Source: a virus (taxonomy: Duplodnaviria > Caudoviricetes). Taken from it: a stretch of 41,276 nucleotides of DNA. Positions 1 through 8,201 of this stretch are shown in pieces. The notes under the pieces were generated by a model. The model saw nothing but the letters and a program-made list of their open reading frames with translations. It ran no database searches and had not been told where the DNA came from. Made by a program: the position numbers and the translations under genes. The stretch is from the IMG/VR virus record IMGVR_UViG_3300036793_000278, positions 1 to 41,276 of that record, one strand, 5' to 3'. Each line of letters begins with the position of its first letter. Within the stretch, counting starts at the first letter, position 1.

Positions 1-204
1 CTAAGAGGCTTCTTTTAGATTTGGAAAGTGGCTGAATTTCCAGGATTGATAGTCAGCATATCGCCAGCGCGATGTGCGACCAAACTTGATGGGCTTAGGA
101 AGCTTACCAGCGTTTATCTGTGAATAAAAATACTTCGCAGTGTAGCCTGCGTCCTCCATCATGAACTTCATGTCGATCAGAGAATCTTCGCGTAACTCTC
201 TCAT
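1..204 (-). CDS. xis: AlpA-family excisionase / recombination directionality factor
   Basis: 67 aa, AlpA-like motif GKLPKPIKFGRTSRW; last gene of the left early operon. Confidence 0.8.
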   Translation of the reverse strand: MRELREDSLIDMKFMMEDAGYTAKYFYSQINAGKLPKPIKFGRTSRWRYADYQSWKFSHFPNLKEAS

Positions 205-219
205 AACTTCCTCCCAATA

Positions 220-242
220 AAAAACCGGCTCAGTGTCCGGTT
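220..242 (-). terminator. Probable intrinsic terminator in left operon
   Basis: AACCGG..CCGGTT hairpin followed by a U-tract on the minus strand. Confidence 0.5.
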
Positions 243-255
243 GCTTTAGCCATGG

Positions 256-429
256 TTATTCGATACGCTCCAGGTGCGGATACTTATCAAGTAGATTCTT
301 GGCCTGCATGACAGGACCAACACCAAGACCTTTCCTTCCGTTGTGCTTGTAGTTTTCAAGTATCTTCCGCAACATCAGCAAAGCTTCATCGCGCTGCTGC
401 ATAAGAACCTCTTCCATATTTTTTGGCAT
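256..429 (-). CDS. Hypothetical phage protein
   Basis: ORF with GGAGGA RBS before ATG at 429. Confidence 0.6.
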   Translation of the reverse strand: MPKNMEEVLMQQRDEALLMLRKILENYKHNGRKGLGVGPVMQAKNLLDKYPHLERIE

Positions 430-496
430 CACATCCTCCATAAACAACAAAACCCGCCGTAGCGAGTTCAGATAAAAAGAAACCCGCGATTGCAGG

Positions 497-1060
497 CTAT
501 TCAGGCTTTGGTGCTGCGGCCATCGCCATTTTCAGGCCGAGACGGATGTCGTCGAACTCGATATCACCAACCATGCGATTGTGGCGGAATGCCACAGTAA
601 GGAACTCCAGCACTTGGGCATCACTCAGATCAGGCGCAGCAGGTGAAGCAAGGTGCCGTACAAGCCTCTTAACCTCTTCAATCCTGTCATCATCTGCCGT
701 ATCGATGGTTTCAATCCTGTCCAGCATTACCGTTATAGCGTTGACGCTTGCCGATTCAGACCAGCCCTCAGGCACAGCAGGCAGCCGCGGCGCTGCGTAG
801 AGATACTGGACTACTTGTCTACTCTCGAATTCGTCAGGCACGGTGCGATGCGCAACTAGTGTCCAGGCCTGAGCGTAGTCAGGTGATGCTAGATACCGCC
901 AGCGAAACCCAACCGGCTCTTTCCCCGCTTCCCGCAATGCGAGTAGCTCGCCCAGCGCCGCTATCAGTGCGTTAGCCTCCTCCTCTTTCAGCACGACGGT
1001 GTCAAAGCTTTCGGTCTGCTTTTTGATTTTTGCAATCAGCGCTTCGAGTTGTTTAGTCAT
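497..1060 (-). CDS. Eaa/Ea22-like early accessory protein
   Basis: Mosaic Ea-type motifs (ELLALREAGKEPVG, PAVPEGW, AMAAAPKPE); start MTKQ after GGAGG RBS. Confidence 0.6.
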   Translation of the reverse strand: MTKQLEALIAKIKKQTESFDTVVLKEEEANALIAALGELLALREAGKEPVGFRWRYLASPDYAQAWTLVAHRTVPDEFESRQVVQYLYAAPRLPAVPEGWSESASVNAITVMLDRIETIDTADDDRIEEVKRLVRHLASPAAPDLSDAQVLEFLTVAFRHNRMVGDIEFDDIRLGLKMAMAAAPKPE

Positions 1061-1321
1061 TGCTGGCCTCCACGCCGCCAAGCAGCCTTAAAATTTCACG
1101 GCTACGTGAGAGCTCGCCGTATTCATAACCCTTCAAATACACTCCGTTTATTACCTTGATAACCTGCTTCGCCTCTTCATCAGAAAGAGATCCAGGTAAA
1201 TCAAATTTACGGTTCCACTCTTCATCAAAAACCCTAAGTACAGGCACGCCAAGCTGAGTCAATCGCTCAAATTGAGCGTCGAGAACGTGAAGGTATGGTG
1301 ATTTAGTCATTGCTGGCCTCC
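1052..1321. repeat. 20-bp direct repeat TTTAGTCATTGCTGGCCTCC at 1052-1071 and 1302-1321
   Basis: Identical copies, each covering RBS, start and stop of adjacent genes. Confidence 0.9.
1053..1310 (-). CDS. Hypothetical protein (85 aa)
   Basis: Start MTKSP after GGAGG RBS, coupled to upstream gene. Confidence 0.65.
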   Translation of the reverse strand: MTKSPYLHVLDAQFERLTQLGVPVLRVFDEEWNRKFDLPGSLSDEEAKQVIKVINGVYLKGYEYGELSRSREILRLLGGVEASND

Positions 1322-1728
1322 GGCTTGCGGGATGGATGGCAGTAGTGCTCGCCGTTCGGCCTGCTGCTGCGGCTCCCGCAACGTGGGCATGGACCAAGTT
1401 CTGGCCGCTCAGGATTAATGTGCAGACGTGGCTCACCATCTTTCGACGCTGGCCACTGACGTTGCTTATTCACCTCCAGCTTTTCAATCATCGCCTGAGT
1501 GATTTGCTCGTCTGTGATACCGGCGCGGCGCTGGGCGTCCCACAACAGGAATTGCATGTCTGCCCATTCGGACAGGTCGCCCGGTTCGGCGGCGGCTTCC
1601 AGTGCTTCTTTGCTGAGGTGTCTCAGGGGGCCAACAGGGCCAACGCTGCCGAATGTGGCTGACGACCATTCAGCGTGCGCCAGGCGAATCTGTTCGCGCT
1701 CTTTCAGCGATTCGGTGTTATTGCTCAT
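1303..1728 (-). CDS. DUF550 (dATP/dGTP pyrophosphohydrolase-like, MazG fold) protein
   Basis: HAEWSSATFG..GPLRHLSKEALE..EWADMQFLLWDAQRRAG signature. Confidence 0.85.
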   Translation of the reverse strand: MSNNTESLKEREQIRLAHAEWSSATFGSVGPVGPLRHLSKEALEAAAEPGDLSEWADMQFLLWDAQRRAGITDEQITQAMIEKLEVNKQRQWPASKDGEPRLHINPERPELGPCPRCGSRSSRPNGEHYCHPSRKPEASND

Positions 1729-1873
1729 CGTTATATTCCTCGTCATACCAAAGAAACTCGCCGCATTCCGGGCAGTGGCCGCGCTGCTCAGCTACAACGG
1801 ATTCCGGATAAGTCACGCCGCAACGCTTGCAAGCTACTTCACCGCCTTTGTTCTGTGATTCGGTGTTATTCAT
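1718..1873 (-). CDS. Small zinc-finger protein (51 aa, not in ORF track)
   Basis: MNNTESQNKGGEVACKRCGVTYPESVVAEQRGHCPECGEFLWYDEEYNDEQ; two CxxC motifs; GGAGG RBS; overlaps both neighbours. Confidence 0.7.
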   Translation of the reverse strand: MNNTESQNKGGEVACKRCGVTYPESVVAEQRGHCPECGEFLWYDEEYNDEQ

Positions 1874-2082
1874 AGCTGGCCTCCAGGTGCTACACGCTTA
1901 TTCCATGCTCTCGCAGCCATTGCTATTTTGTCGCGGCCTACCATCTGTGCAGACTGAGCATCACAGTCGAAGCAGCGAACTATTGCTGAGTGGAAAGGGC
2001 AGTCGTCAGAATCCTGCTCAAATGCTTCAACATTAGTGCTGCCGCAGAATGGGCATGGTTTGAGTTCTTCGATGTTGCTCAT
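1870..2082 (-). CDS. lar: Lar-family restriction alleviation protein
   Basis: LKPCPFCGS...CFDC...AWNKR. Confidence 0.8.
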   Translation of the reverse strand: MSNIEELKPCPFCGSTNVEAFEQDSDDCPFHSAIVRCFDCDAQSAQMVGRDKIAMAARAWNKRVAPGGQL

Positions 2083-2663
2083 TTGCCTTGCTCCTTGCGC
2101 AGTTGCTGGGCGAACGCCAAAATCTCTTCAACGGTAGGATTGATTTCATGCCCGTTGTTCGCTGTAGAGCAGAATGAGGCAAACATATCCACGCCCTGGG
2201 CGCGTATCTCTGCCAGCGCGGCGTCGGTGGCTGGGGTTTCGATGGAAGGAGAGAGAGAGTAATCTGACCAGCCAATCCAGCCGTTTTCCTCCGATGGCTT
2301 TTCGAATTGCCCCTCAACAGCCTTTTGCACAATAATTCCCCAGCAAATAGTGTCAGTCTCTTCAGGCCATCCATCTGATGCGGCCTCTTCACGGCACACG
2401 CCAATCATGTCTTCCGCTGATGCAATGGCGGCTTCTTTAGTTGGGTGAAGCTCAAGCCCGGTCTCTTCGCTATACATGAAGAATTTTGCACCGCTTTTCA
2501 CCCCAGCACTCTCCGCCCCCAGCCCCTGCACCTGCGCGGCGAGGTTCGTCACCGTGGCTTCGTAGGCGGTTAACTGGTGCTGGAGTTCTTCGTAACGAAT
2601 GTACGGAACCATAATTCCTGATTCGCTTGGGTGGCCTCCGCGGTCATAGCGTTTAACTGTCAT
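2079..2663 (-). CDS. Ea-region accessory protein (Eae/Ea22-like)
   Basis: ETPATDAALAEIRAQGVDMFA motif typical of P22-like Ea proteins. Confidence 0.6.
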   Translation of the reverse strand: MTVKRYDRGGHPSESGIMVPYIRYEELQHQLTAYEATVTNLAAQVQGLGAESAGVKSGAKFFMYSEETGLELHPTKEAAIASAEDMIGVCREEAASDGWPEETDTICWGIIVQKAVEGQFEKPSEENGWIGWSDYSLSPSIETPATDAALAEIRAQGVDMFASFCSTANNGHEINPTVEEILAFAQQLRKEQGK

Positions 2664-2884
2664 AGACTTTCCTTGAGCGTCCCGTTAATGACGCCAATGT
2701 GATAGAGGAGTTGATAGATAGTGAATCGTGGAGATATGCGGCGCTCGTAGCTGAGAAGGATTCTGCGGTTGATGACTTCCCTGTCTTTTATGCTCTTGGC
2801 TTCCTCTGCCTTCCATGCTCCCTGAATCTCTTTCCAGCACTGACGAGCGGTGGCGCGAATGGCGTTAAGCTCTGCTGTTTCCAT
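2660..2884 (-). CDS. Hypothetical phage protein
   Basis: 74-aa ORF overlapping both neighbours in the left operon. Confidence 0.65.
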   Translation of the reverse strand: METAELNAIRATARQCWKEIQGAWKAEEAKSIKDREVINRRILLSYERRISPRFTIYQLLYHIGVINGTLKESL

Positions 2885-3038
2885 TGCGAATCATCCGGCT
2901 CAGATACTTGTTCTGGTTCACGCTAGGAAAGCTGCAGCGAGCTAATAGCTCTGCTTTAGTGGGCATGGGTGACTGCTTGAATTTAGTGCGCACGATTAAA
3001 TCACCAGGCGTGACACTGGCGTCGTATTGATAGCTCAT
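2865..3038 (-). CDS. DUF2737-like phage protein
   Basis: PMPTKAELLARCSFPSVNQNKYL motif; position after abc2. Confidence 0.7.
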   Translation of the reverse strand: MSYQYDASVTPGDLIVRTKFKQSPMPTKAELLARCSFPSVNQNKYLSRMIRNGNSRA

Positions 3039-3048
3039 GATGTTTTCC

Positions 3049-3345
3049 TTAGTCGCTAATGCGAGCGCCGTAGCGACCAAAGCGGACGCGAGAGCGGTCG
3101 TCAATTTCATCAGGTGGAAGGTGAGGGCCGATGGTTTCCCATTTCGGATAGAACGATGTGTAGTAGCGGATATCGCCGTCAGTCAGGGCGTCTGCCTGTC
3201 GCTCCATGCGTTGCTGTTTCGTCTCGGGCTCAACTTCTCCGGCTTGTGACATTTCCCAATATCTGGCGAAGTTAGCCATCACCTCTGCTTTGGTTTTGGC
3301 GGTGCACAGGCGAGGGTTATCCGCCCCGGGTTGAGGTGATGGCAT
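3049..3345 (-). CDS. abc2: Anti-RecBCD protein Abc2
   Basis: MP.P..GAD.PR.C N-terminus and RYGA C-terminus as in P22 Abc2; position in recombination module. Confidence 0.75.
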   Translation of the reverse strand: MPSPQPGADNPRLCTAKTKAEVMANFARYWEMSQAGEVEPETKQQRMERQADALTDGDIRYYTSFYPKWETIGPHLPPDEIDDRSRVRFGRYGARISD

Positions 3346-3369
3346 ATTCGTTTCCTTTGGCTGGTTAAA

Positions 3370-3747
3370 TCAGAAGGGGATCGAGTCGTCGAACTGCTGA
3401 GGTGAGTTTGATTGCTGGCTCCCGGTTGGGTGTCCTGATGTAGCAAATCCAACGCGGGCGTTTAAAAGTTCCAGAGTGATAGATTGCCCGTTCTGTCCAT
3501 CGTAAATATCAAGCTTTATGTTTTCTCCAGTGATTTCCACAATTCCGCCTTCAACGAAAACACTGCGGTAGTAATCAGCCTGCGGGCCAGGTTTTGCAAA
3601 GATAGCTGCGCTGTAGTTTGTCCATTCCTTTTGTTTCTTCTGGCGATCGTAGTATTGAACGCCCATGCGAATATTAAACCCGATATTCTCGCCCGCTTGA
3701 AACTCCCTTGCTGCCTTATTTAGCCGTGCTGTAATCGTATGTGCCAT
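3370..3747 (-). CDS. ssb: Single-stranded DNA-binding protein
   Basis: OB-fold size, acidic C-terminal tail FDDSIPF. Confidence 0.85.
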   Translation of the reverse strand: MAHTITARLNKAAREFQAGENIGFNIRMGVQYYDRQKKQKEWTNYSAAIFAKPGPQADYYRSVFVEGGIVEITGENIKLDIYDGQNGQSITLELLNARVGFATSGHPTGSQQSNSPQQFDDSIPF

Positions 3748-4352
3748 TACGCCGTAACTCCTTCAAGTTCTGATTTCCTGATGTCATACACATCCTTGGC
3801 GGTTGCTTGCTGCTGCGTTCCTTTTAGCGCTTCCCACGCCTCAGCGAATGCCTGCTTCAACTCTTTTTGGGTGGTTTTCTTTCCTGCTGATTCGGTGAAT
3901 TCCTTTAGTACCTGATCAGGAGTTGGCTTTGGCTCGCCCTGCTTATGTGGCGCAGATTGCTGATGCTTATGCTCATCTGTATCAGCGTCTTTGGAATCAT
4001 CAATGCCAAACAGACCATTCAGGCAGTACTTGCGAGCATAAGAGCTTGTAGCTCCGGTTACCTGAGCAGAATCCATCCCTTTCTTGGATTCCTCCTCCCG
4101 GGCCAGAGCCGTTGCCTCATGCGTAATCTCTCCGTCAGTGATGCGTGCTGTGGCCTTCACGTAGTGGCGAGCACCAATCATCACCACCTCATCACTGATC
4201 GAAAGGAATAGGCCATTTAGTAGCGGCTTAACACCCTCAAGAATGTCCTCGCAGCTGCGGTATTTGTATTTGCCGAAGCTGTTGTACTGGTTCTTTGGAG
4301 CGTTAAGTGTTCGCTGTATTTCAGCCAGCCTGGCGTAAAATTCTTTGCTCAT
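3747..4352 (-). CDS. erf: ERF-family single-strand annealing recombinase
   Basis: N-terminus near-identical to P22 Erf; GATSSYARKY motif. Confidence 0.95.
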   Translation of the reverse strand: MSKEFYARLAEIQRTLNAPKNQYNSFGKYKYRSCEDILEGVKPLLNGLFLSISDEVVMIGARHYVKATARITDGEITHEATALAREEESKKGMDSAQVTGATSSYARKYCLNGLFGIDDSKDADTDEHKHQQSAPHKQGEPKPTPDQVLKEFTESAGKKTTQKELKQAFAEAWEALKGTQQQATAKDVYDIRKSELEGVTA

Positions 4353-4492
4353 TGGTAATTACCTCCAAACTCATCCCAACTGATTTGCTCGTTACCGCGC
4401 TCGGCGGCAAGGTTGATTTGCTGCTCGATTGACTCCTGAAGCTCTCCAGATAACAGCGAGATGAAGTCTTTGTCTTCCTGATCATGCGGCAT
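4349..4492 (-). CDS. arf: Arf-like accessory recombination protein (47 aa, not in ORF track)
   Basis: MPHDQEDKDFISLLSGELQESIEQQINLAAERGNEQISWDEFGGNYQ; acidic; between kil and erf as in P22. Confidence 0.75.
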   Translation of the reverse strand: MPHDQEDKDFISLLSGELQESIEQQINLAAERGNEQISWDEFGGNYQ

Positions 4493-4670
4493 GCAATTTT
4501 TCCCAGTCATCATTCTGTGATTTGTGCCAGCCCATCGCGATTTCCCAAGCCCACCATGCGGCGTCTTTCCAGCCGTCTTTTGTGTTGGGAAAGCTCTCTT
4601 CGTAGAGCTTCTTGAACTCGCGATTGCCTTGCTTAACCAGGATGGTTCCGTTAACGGGTACGATTGTCAT
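4482..4670 (-). CDS. kil: P22-type Kil protein
   Basis: MTIVPVNGTILV...AWEIAMGW; position between cIII and arf. Confidence 0.8.
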   Translation of the reverse strand: MTIVPVNGTILVKQGNREFKKLYEESFPNTKDGWKDAAWWAWEIAMGWHKSQNDDWEKLHAA

Positions 4671-4672
4671 GA

Positions 4673-4810
4673 TTACGGCTCTCCGCGCTGGTTAAGGGTG
4701 TCTTTAAGCCACTTCCCGATATTGCGGAGTTGGCGAGTTAGTCTTTCGAGCTGGCTTTCGTTTTGCTGGATAGCGCCCACGGCGACGCATCCCGCGAATG
4801 AATAGGTCAT
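4673..4810 (-). CDS. cIII: CIII (FtsH inhibitor)-like protein (45 aa, not in ORF track)
   Basis: MTYSFAGCVAVGAIQQNESQLERLTRQLRNIGKWLKD..; ES.LERLTR.LR motif; AGGAG RBS. Confidence 0.75.
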   Translation of the reverse strand: MTYSFAGCVAVGAIQQNESQLERLTRQLRNIGKWLKDTLNQRGEP

Positions 4811-4834
4811 CGTGGGTACTCCTGTTAATTTGAA

Positions 4835-5803
4835 TTAGTAGGTAATGCGGATGGCGGTTACTTCGCCTTTAGCGATGGCTGCAACGCACTTCTGAGCGCA
4901 ATCTTCTGACAGGCCTGCAGCTACAAGCTCGGCGACAGACTGGCGGTTAATGGTGCGGCGATGCTCAATGTCAGCTTCACGACGAGCCTTCTCATCGGCA
5001 ACACGCCTTTCCTCTGCCAGGCGAGCCGCTTCTTTTTCTTCGGCTTCACGACGAACACGATCAGCTTCTTCCTGCGCCTTGCGATTTGCTTCTGCAATAG
5101 CTTCCTGCTTTTCGCGCTCAGCGCGTTCAGCGGCTGCTTTTGCGTCTGCTGCTGCTTTCTGCTCGGCTGCTACACGGTCACGCTCTGCTTGCTCGGCCTT
5201 GAGCTTTAATTCAGCCTCACGACGAGCCGCTTCATCGCGCTCACGCTGCGCCTTTGCTTCGGCTTCACCCTTGGCTTGTTCTGCTGCATGACGCTTCAGC
5301 TCTTCTTCGTGATCAATGCGCTGGCGTTCAGCTTCTGCTCTAGCTTCTGCAACGTCACGGTCAAACTTTTCATTCATCAACAGAGCTATTTCGTGATGGG
5401 CTTCCACTGTCTTAGCCAGTTCCTCTGCAGCGCGTTTAGCTTCTTCCTCCTGCTTAATACGCTCCTGCTCGACTTCCCACTCTACGCGGGGCTTGAGGAT
5501 TGACTTGCTGATATCGTCGCACTCATCAACGAATCGCCTAAGCTCTGCCTCAGCTGGCTTTACCGCCTCCTTCAGCTTCTTTAGGTAGGCGCGGCCAGGG
5601 TTCTCAATGGCCTTCTTGCTAGAGCCCACGGCGCGAGCCAGTGAGCCGATTCTGTCGCGACCTTTCTTCGTGGTTACGTCCGGCACTTCCTTTGCCATTT
5701 CACGAATGATTTCCAGGTAGGCATCAAGGCCGTTAGCTACATACAGAGCCGGAGCTTGTTCCGGCTTAATCTCGATGACAGTTAAATCCGTTACTTCACT
5801 CAT
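4835..5803 (-). CDS. Long Ala/Glu/Arg-rich coiled-coil phage protein
   Basis: Extended charged helical region; often mislabelled TolA. Confidence 0.75.
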   Translation of the reverse strand: MSEVTDLTVIEIKPEQAPALYVANGLDAYLEIIREMAKEVPDVTTKKGRDRIGSLARAVGSSKKAIENPGRAYLKKLKEAVKPAEAELRRFVDECDDISKSILKPRVEWEVEQERIKQEEEAKRAAEELAKTVEAHHEIALLMNEKFDRDVAEARAEAERQRIDHEEELKRHAAEQAKGEAEAKAQRERDEAARREAELKLKAEQAERDRVAAEQKAAADAKAAAERAEREKQEAIAEANRKAQEEADRVRREAEEKEAARLAEERRVADEKARREADIEHRRTINRQSVAELVAAGLSEDCAQKCVAAIAKGEVTAIRITY

Positions 5804-5864
5804 GCTCATCTCCTGTTTAGTTGTGTTCATTAATCAGCGACTGCGCTCATGAATAAACGCGAAC

Positions 5865-5887
5865 AAAAAAGCCGCACTTAGGCGGCT
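5865..5887 (-). terminator. Intrinsic terminator
   Basis: AGCCGC-loop-GCGGCT plus U-tract on minus strand. Confidence 0.65.
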
Positions 5888-6146
5888 AGGTGAATAGGCT
5901 TCTGATGTATTTTTCACATCGCGCTGCTGGGCCATACATCACTCGGCCCCGGTGCTGATATTTGTTTGTAGTGGGGTAGAAAATCACTTTCCCCTTATCG
6001 GTTTCAAAGTGCATTGAGCCAGATGAATCAACAGAATACGAAAGGCCACAGCTAATCATGTGCGCCTTATTCTTTTCGAGATTTGCCTTTTTGCGCTCAA
6101 TGGCAAGCTGCTTATGCGCTGAGTAATCCTCTCCGCAATCGCCCAT
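5886..6146 (-). CDS. Hypothetical protein
   Basis: 86-aa ORF with GGAG RBS and following terminator. Confidence 0.65.
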   Translation of the reverse strand: MGDCGEDYSAHKQLAIERKKANLEKNKAHMISCGLSYSVDSSGSMHFETDKGKVIFYPTTNKYQHRGRVMYGPAARCEKYIRSLFT

Positions 6147-6244
6147 ACTTTTCTCCAGTTAAAAAGAAGCCGCCACACAGGACGGCAAACAATGACAACG
6201 AGGGTGAATCAGTCATCAGCTCTCAGTGAAAGCTGATGCGGATG

Positions 6245-6445
6245 TTACTCGTCAGTTATTTCTTCAAATCCCCACTCCATCCTGTCCCAAGCGACCTCCT
6301 TCATAATCTCATCGCGACTCTCTTCGGGCATTTCATCCCATTCTTCGGATGTAATCCCAAGGTCATCTTCAAGGTCTATATCTTGCGAATAGTTGGAAAA
6401 TGCATTGGCACCTGAGTCCAACCAGACTTTAAATTTTCTACTCAT
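6245..6445 (-). CDS. Small very acidic hypothetical protein
   Basis: 66 aa, GAGGA RBS. Confidence 0.7.
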   Translation of the reverse strand: MSRKFKVWLDSGANAFSNYSQDIDLEDDLGITSEEWDEMPEESRDEIMKEVAWDRMEWGFEEITDE

Positions 6446-6460
6446 ATCCTCACCCTCTAT

Positions 6461-6730
6461 TTAGTTGTGCGCCGAACCAGATTCATTCCAGCGCGAGTGG
6501 CTGTAGTCTTCATCGCGAATTGACCCCAAGAATTTAACCCTTGCGGTGTACTCAAATCTGTTATCATTCAGAAGCTCAGCAGGGAAGAATGATTGAAGTA
6601 ACTGGTTGGCTGCTTCGCGTGAATCCACGTCACCACCTAAAAACTTGTATCCAATGAAGTTATCCCCACTCAGAATTAGCCCTGATGCCTTTGCTCCTGC
6701 ACAAACTAATTTCATTTGCTCAATGCTCAT
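6461..6730 (-). CDS. Hypothetical protein
   Basis: 89 aa, GAGGTG RBS. Confidence 0.65.
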   Translation of the reverse strand: MSIEQMKLVCAGAKASGLILSGDNFIGYKFLGGDVDSREAANQLLQSFFPAELLNDNRFEYTARVKFLGSIRDEDYSHSRWNESGSAHN

Positions 6731-6953
6731 CTCTCACCTCTGTTAAACCGTATGTAATAAAAAACCACCCGAAGGTGGCGTTAATGTTTATCTGGCCGTT
6801 ACCGTTAATGTCTTTGTATGCCCCGCCCGATAGAGCGAAGCCGATATGTTCATGTGCCTGTCTTTTAACCACATCAGGCTCGCGAGGTACCCCTACAGCG
6901 AGAAATCGGATAAACTCACTTTACCCCTACAGAGAGCAAAGAGAGTCCCACCG

Positions 6954-7541
6954 ATGAACAACTCATGGTGGCAGGAATTAATGCGTTTCTTCCTGCAAGG
7001 AATGACACTTAAACAGTTGATTCATATGCTCATCATCCTGATTTTCTTGATTGTCGTTATGCCGGTAAGCGCGAAAGAATGGATAAACCTGCATAATCCA
7101 GAAATCCTTCCTCAGTACTGGATGTACTACATCCTGTTGTTCTGCATAAGTTATGTGCTAAACGGCATAGCCAATTCTATTTATCTCGCTGTGACTGAGC
7201 GAATTAAGGAATCAGATGCCAGACAGGCAAGGGAGCGTGAAGAGAAAGCAATGTCGGACTTGTTTGACTCGCTTACACTCGCAGAAAGGGCTTATCTTTC
7301 CTTCGCTGTAGCTGCCAATAATCAACTGAAGACAGAGAAGGGCGGCTCCGAATCAATATCTTTGCTTAAAAAAGGACTTCTCATTCGTCTGCCTCCTGCT
7401 GTCGGTTACCCTGGAACAGATAGATTCATTATCCCGGAAAATTATTTCAATGAGTGCTACCTAAGGTTTGCTGGGAAGTCGACCATCCTTATGGATGAAC
7501 TTTTCGCTCAGGATAAGCACACCAGAAACTCCACGGTTTAG
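6954..7541 (+). CDS. sieB: Superinfection exclusion protein SieB
   Basis: MNNSWWQELM.FFLQGMTLKQLIHMLIIL.. as in P22 SieB; opposite strand within the pL operon. Confidence 0.9.
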   Translation: MNNSWWQELMRFFLQGMTLKQLIHMLIILIFLIVVMPVSAKEWINLHNPEILPQYWMYYILLFCISYVLNGIANSIYLAVTERIKESDARQAREREEKAMSDLFDSLTLAERAYLSFAVAANNQLKTEKGGSESISLLKKGLLIRLPPAVGYPGTDRFIIPENYFNECYLRFAGKSTILMDELFAQDKHTRNSTV

Positions 7542-7583
7542 CTGACAACTCGCTCGTCTTGATGCTGTTCTTCATGGGCAACT

Positions 7584-7868
7584 TCAAATTAACGCGATGG
7601 ATTTGCCTTTCGTTTTCTGGCGACCAGAGCAGGTGATTCCCATCTCTCTGGCTGGTTTGTTGTGCCACTCACGCTTCTGCTTCTCTACAACTGGCTTCAC
7701 GCTGTCACGAGGAAGAGTGATTGCCATTGCCTTTGCTACACGCTCCGTAGCCTCACCAGAAAGCTTTGAGAACGCTTTCGATATCTTTGCCGTGTAGTTT
7801 GCTGTCTCAATCTTCTGCGCTGCTTTACTGGCGTTATAGGCAGCCATGCGGCGTTGATTTCTGTTCAT
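7584..7868 (-). CDS. N: Early antiterminator N
   Basis: First gene after pL; C-terminus GITCSGRQK.KGKSI.LI like lambda N; basic N-terminus. Confidence 0.85.
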   Translation of the reverse strand: MNRNQRRMAAYNASKAAQKIETANYTAKISKAFSKLSGEATERVAKAMAITLPRDSVKPVVEKQKREWHNKPAREMGITCSGRQKTKGKSIALI

Positions 7869-7974
7869 GGTTATCTCCAGTTAAGTGCTTTGGTGGTGAT
7901 GTGCTGCGATGCTGATCTCCGCAGTTGCGCTCTTTCACGCTGCAATTCACATCACCCCGAAGCACTTACTCCGG

Positions 7975-8010
7975 CCTGTGTATTCACAGGGATTAAGTTT
8001 TTAAAGAGCC
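7975..8010 (-). promoter_or_regulatory. nutL (boxA GGCTCTTTAA, boxB CCTGTG-AATA-CACAGG)
   Basis: boxA consensus plus perfect 6-bp hairpin between pL and N. Confidence 0.7.
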
Positions 8011-8054
8011 CGAACTCAGTTCCTTGTTCGTGTTCAGCGTCCTGCTGATGTGCT

Positions 8055-8097
8055 TATTTAAAACCATGGTTGTAATTCTGTCAACAACTAAGGTTGT
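8055..8097 (-). promoter_or_regulatory. pL promoter with OL operators
   Basis: TTGACA at 8084-8079; 14-bp operators AAAACCATGGTTGT (8060-8073) and ACAACTAAGGTTGT (8084-8097). Confidence 0.75.
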
Positions 8098-8159
8098 AAA
8101 TATTCGCCTTTAGTTGTTTTGTGGTTGTTTTTAAAGTAAAAATAGTTGTAATTTAGGGC

Positions 8160-8184
8160 AAAAAAAAGACCCCGATCGGGGTCT
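8160..8184 (-). terminator. cI terminator
   Basis: AGACCCC-GATC-GGGGTCT hairpin plus U-tract. Confidence 0.8.
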
Positions 8185-8201
8185 GGAAAAGTAAATATTT
8201 A

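Noticed and set aside
546-5503. Many plus-strand ORFs across the left operon
   Set aside because: Antisense shadows of recognisable minus-strand genes; no convincing RBS or motifs
4835-5830. TolA-like envelope protein
   Set aside because: No TM anchor or TolA C-domain; similarity is only compositional
6846-6953. N-terminal extension of SieB in ORF track
   Set aside because: P22 similarity begins at MNNSWW (6954)
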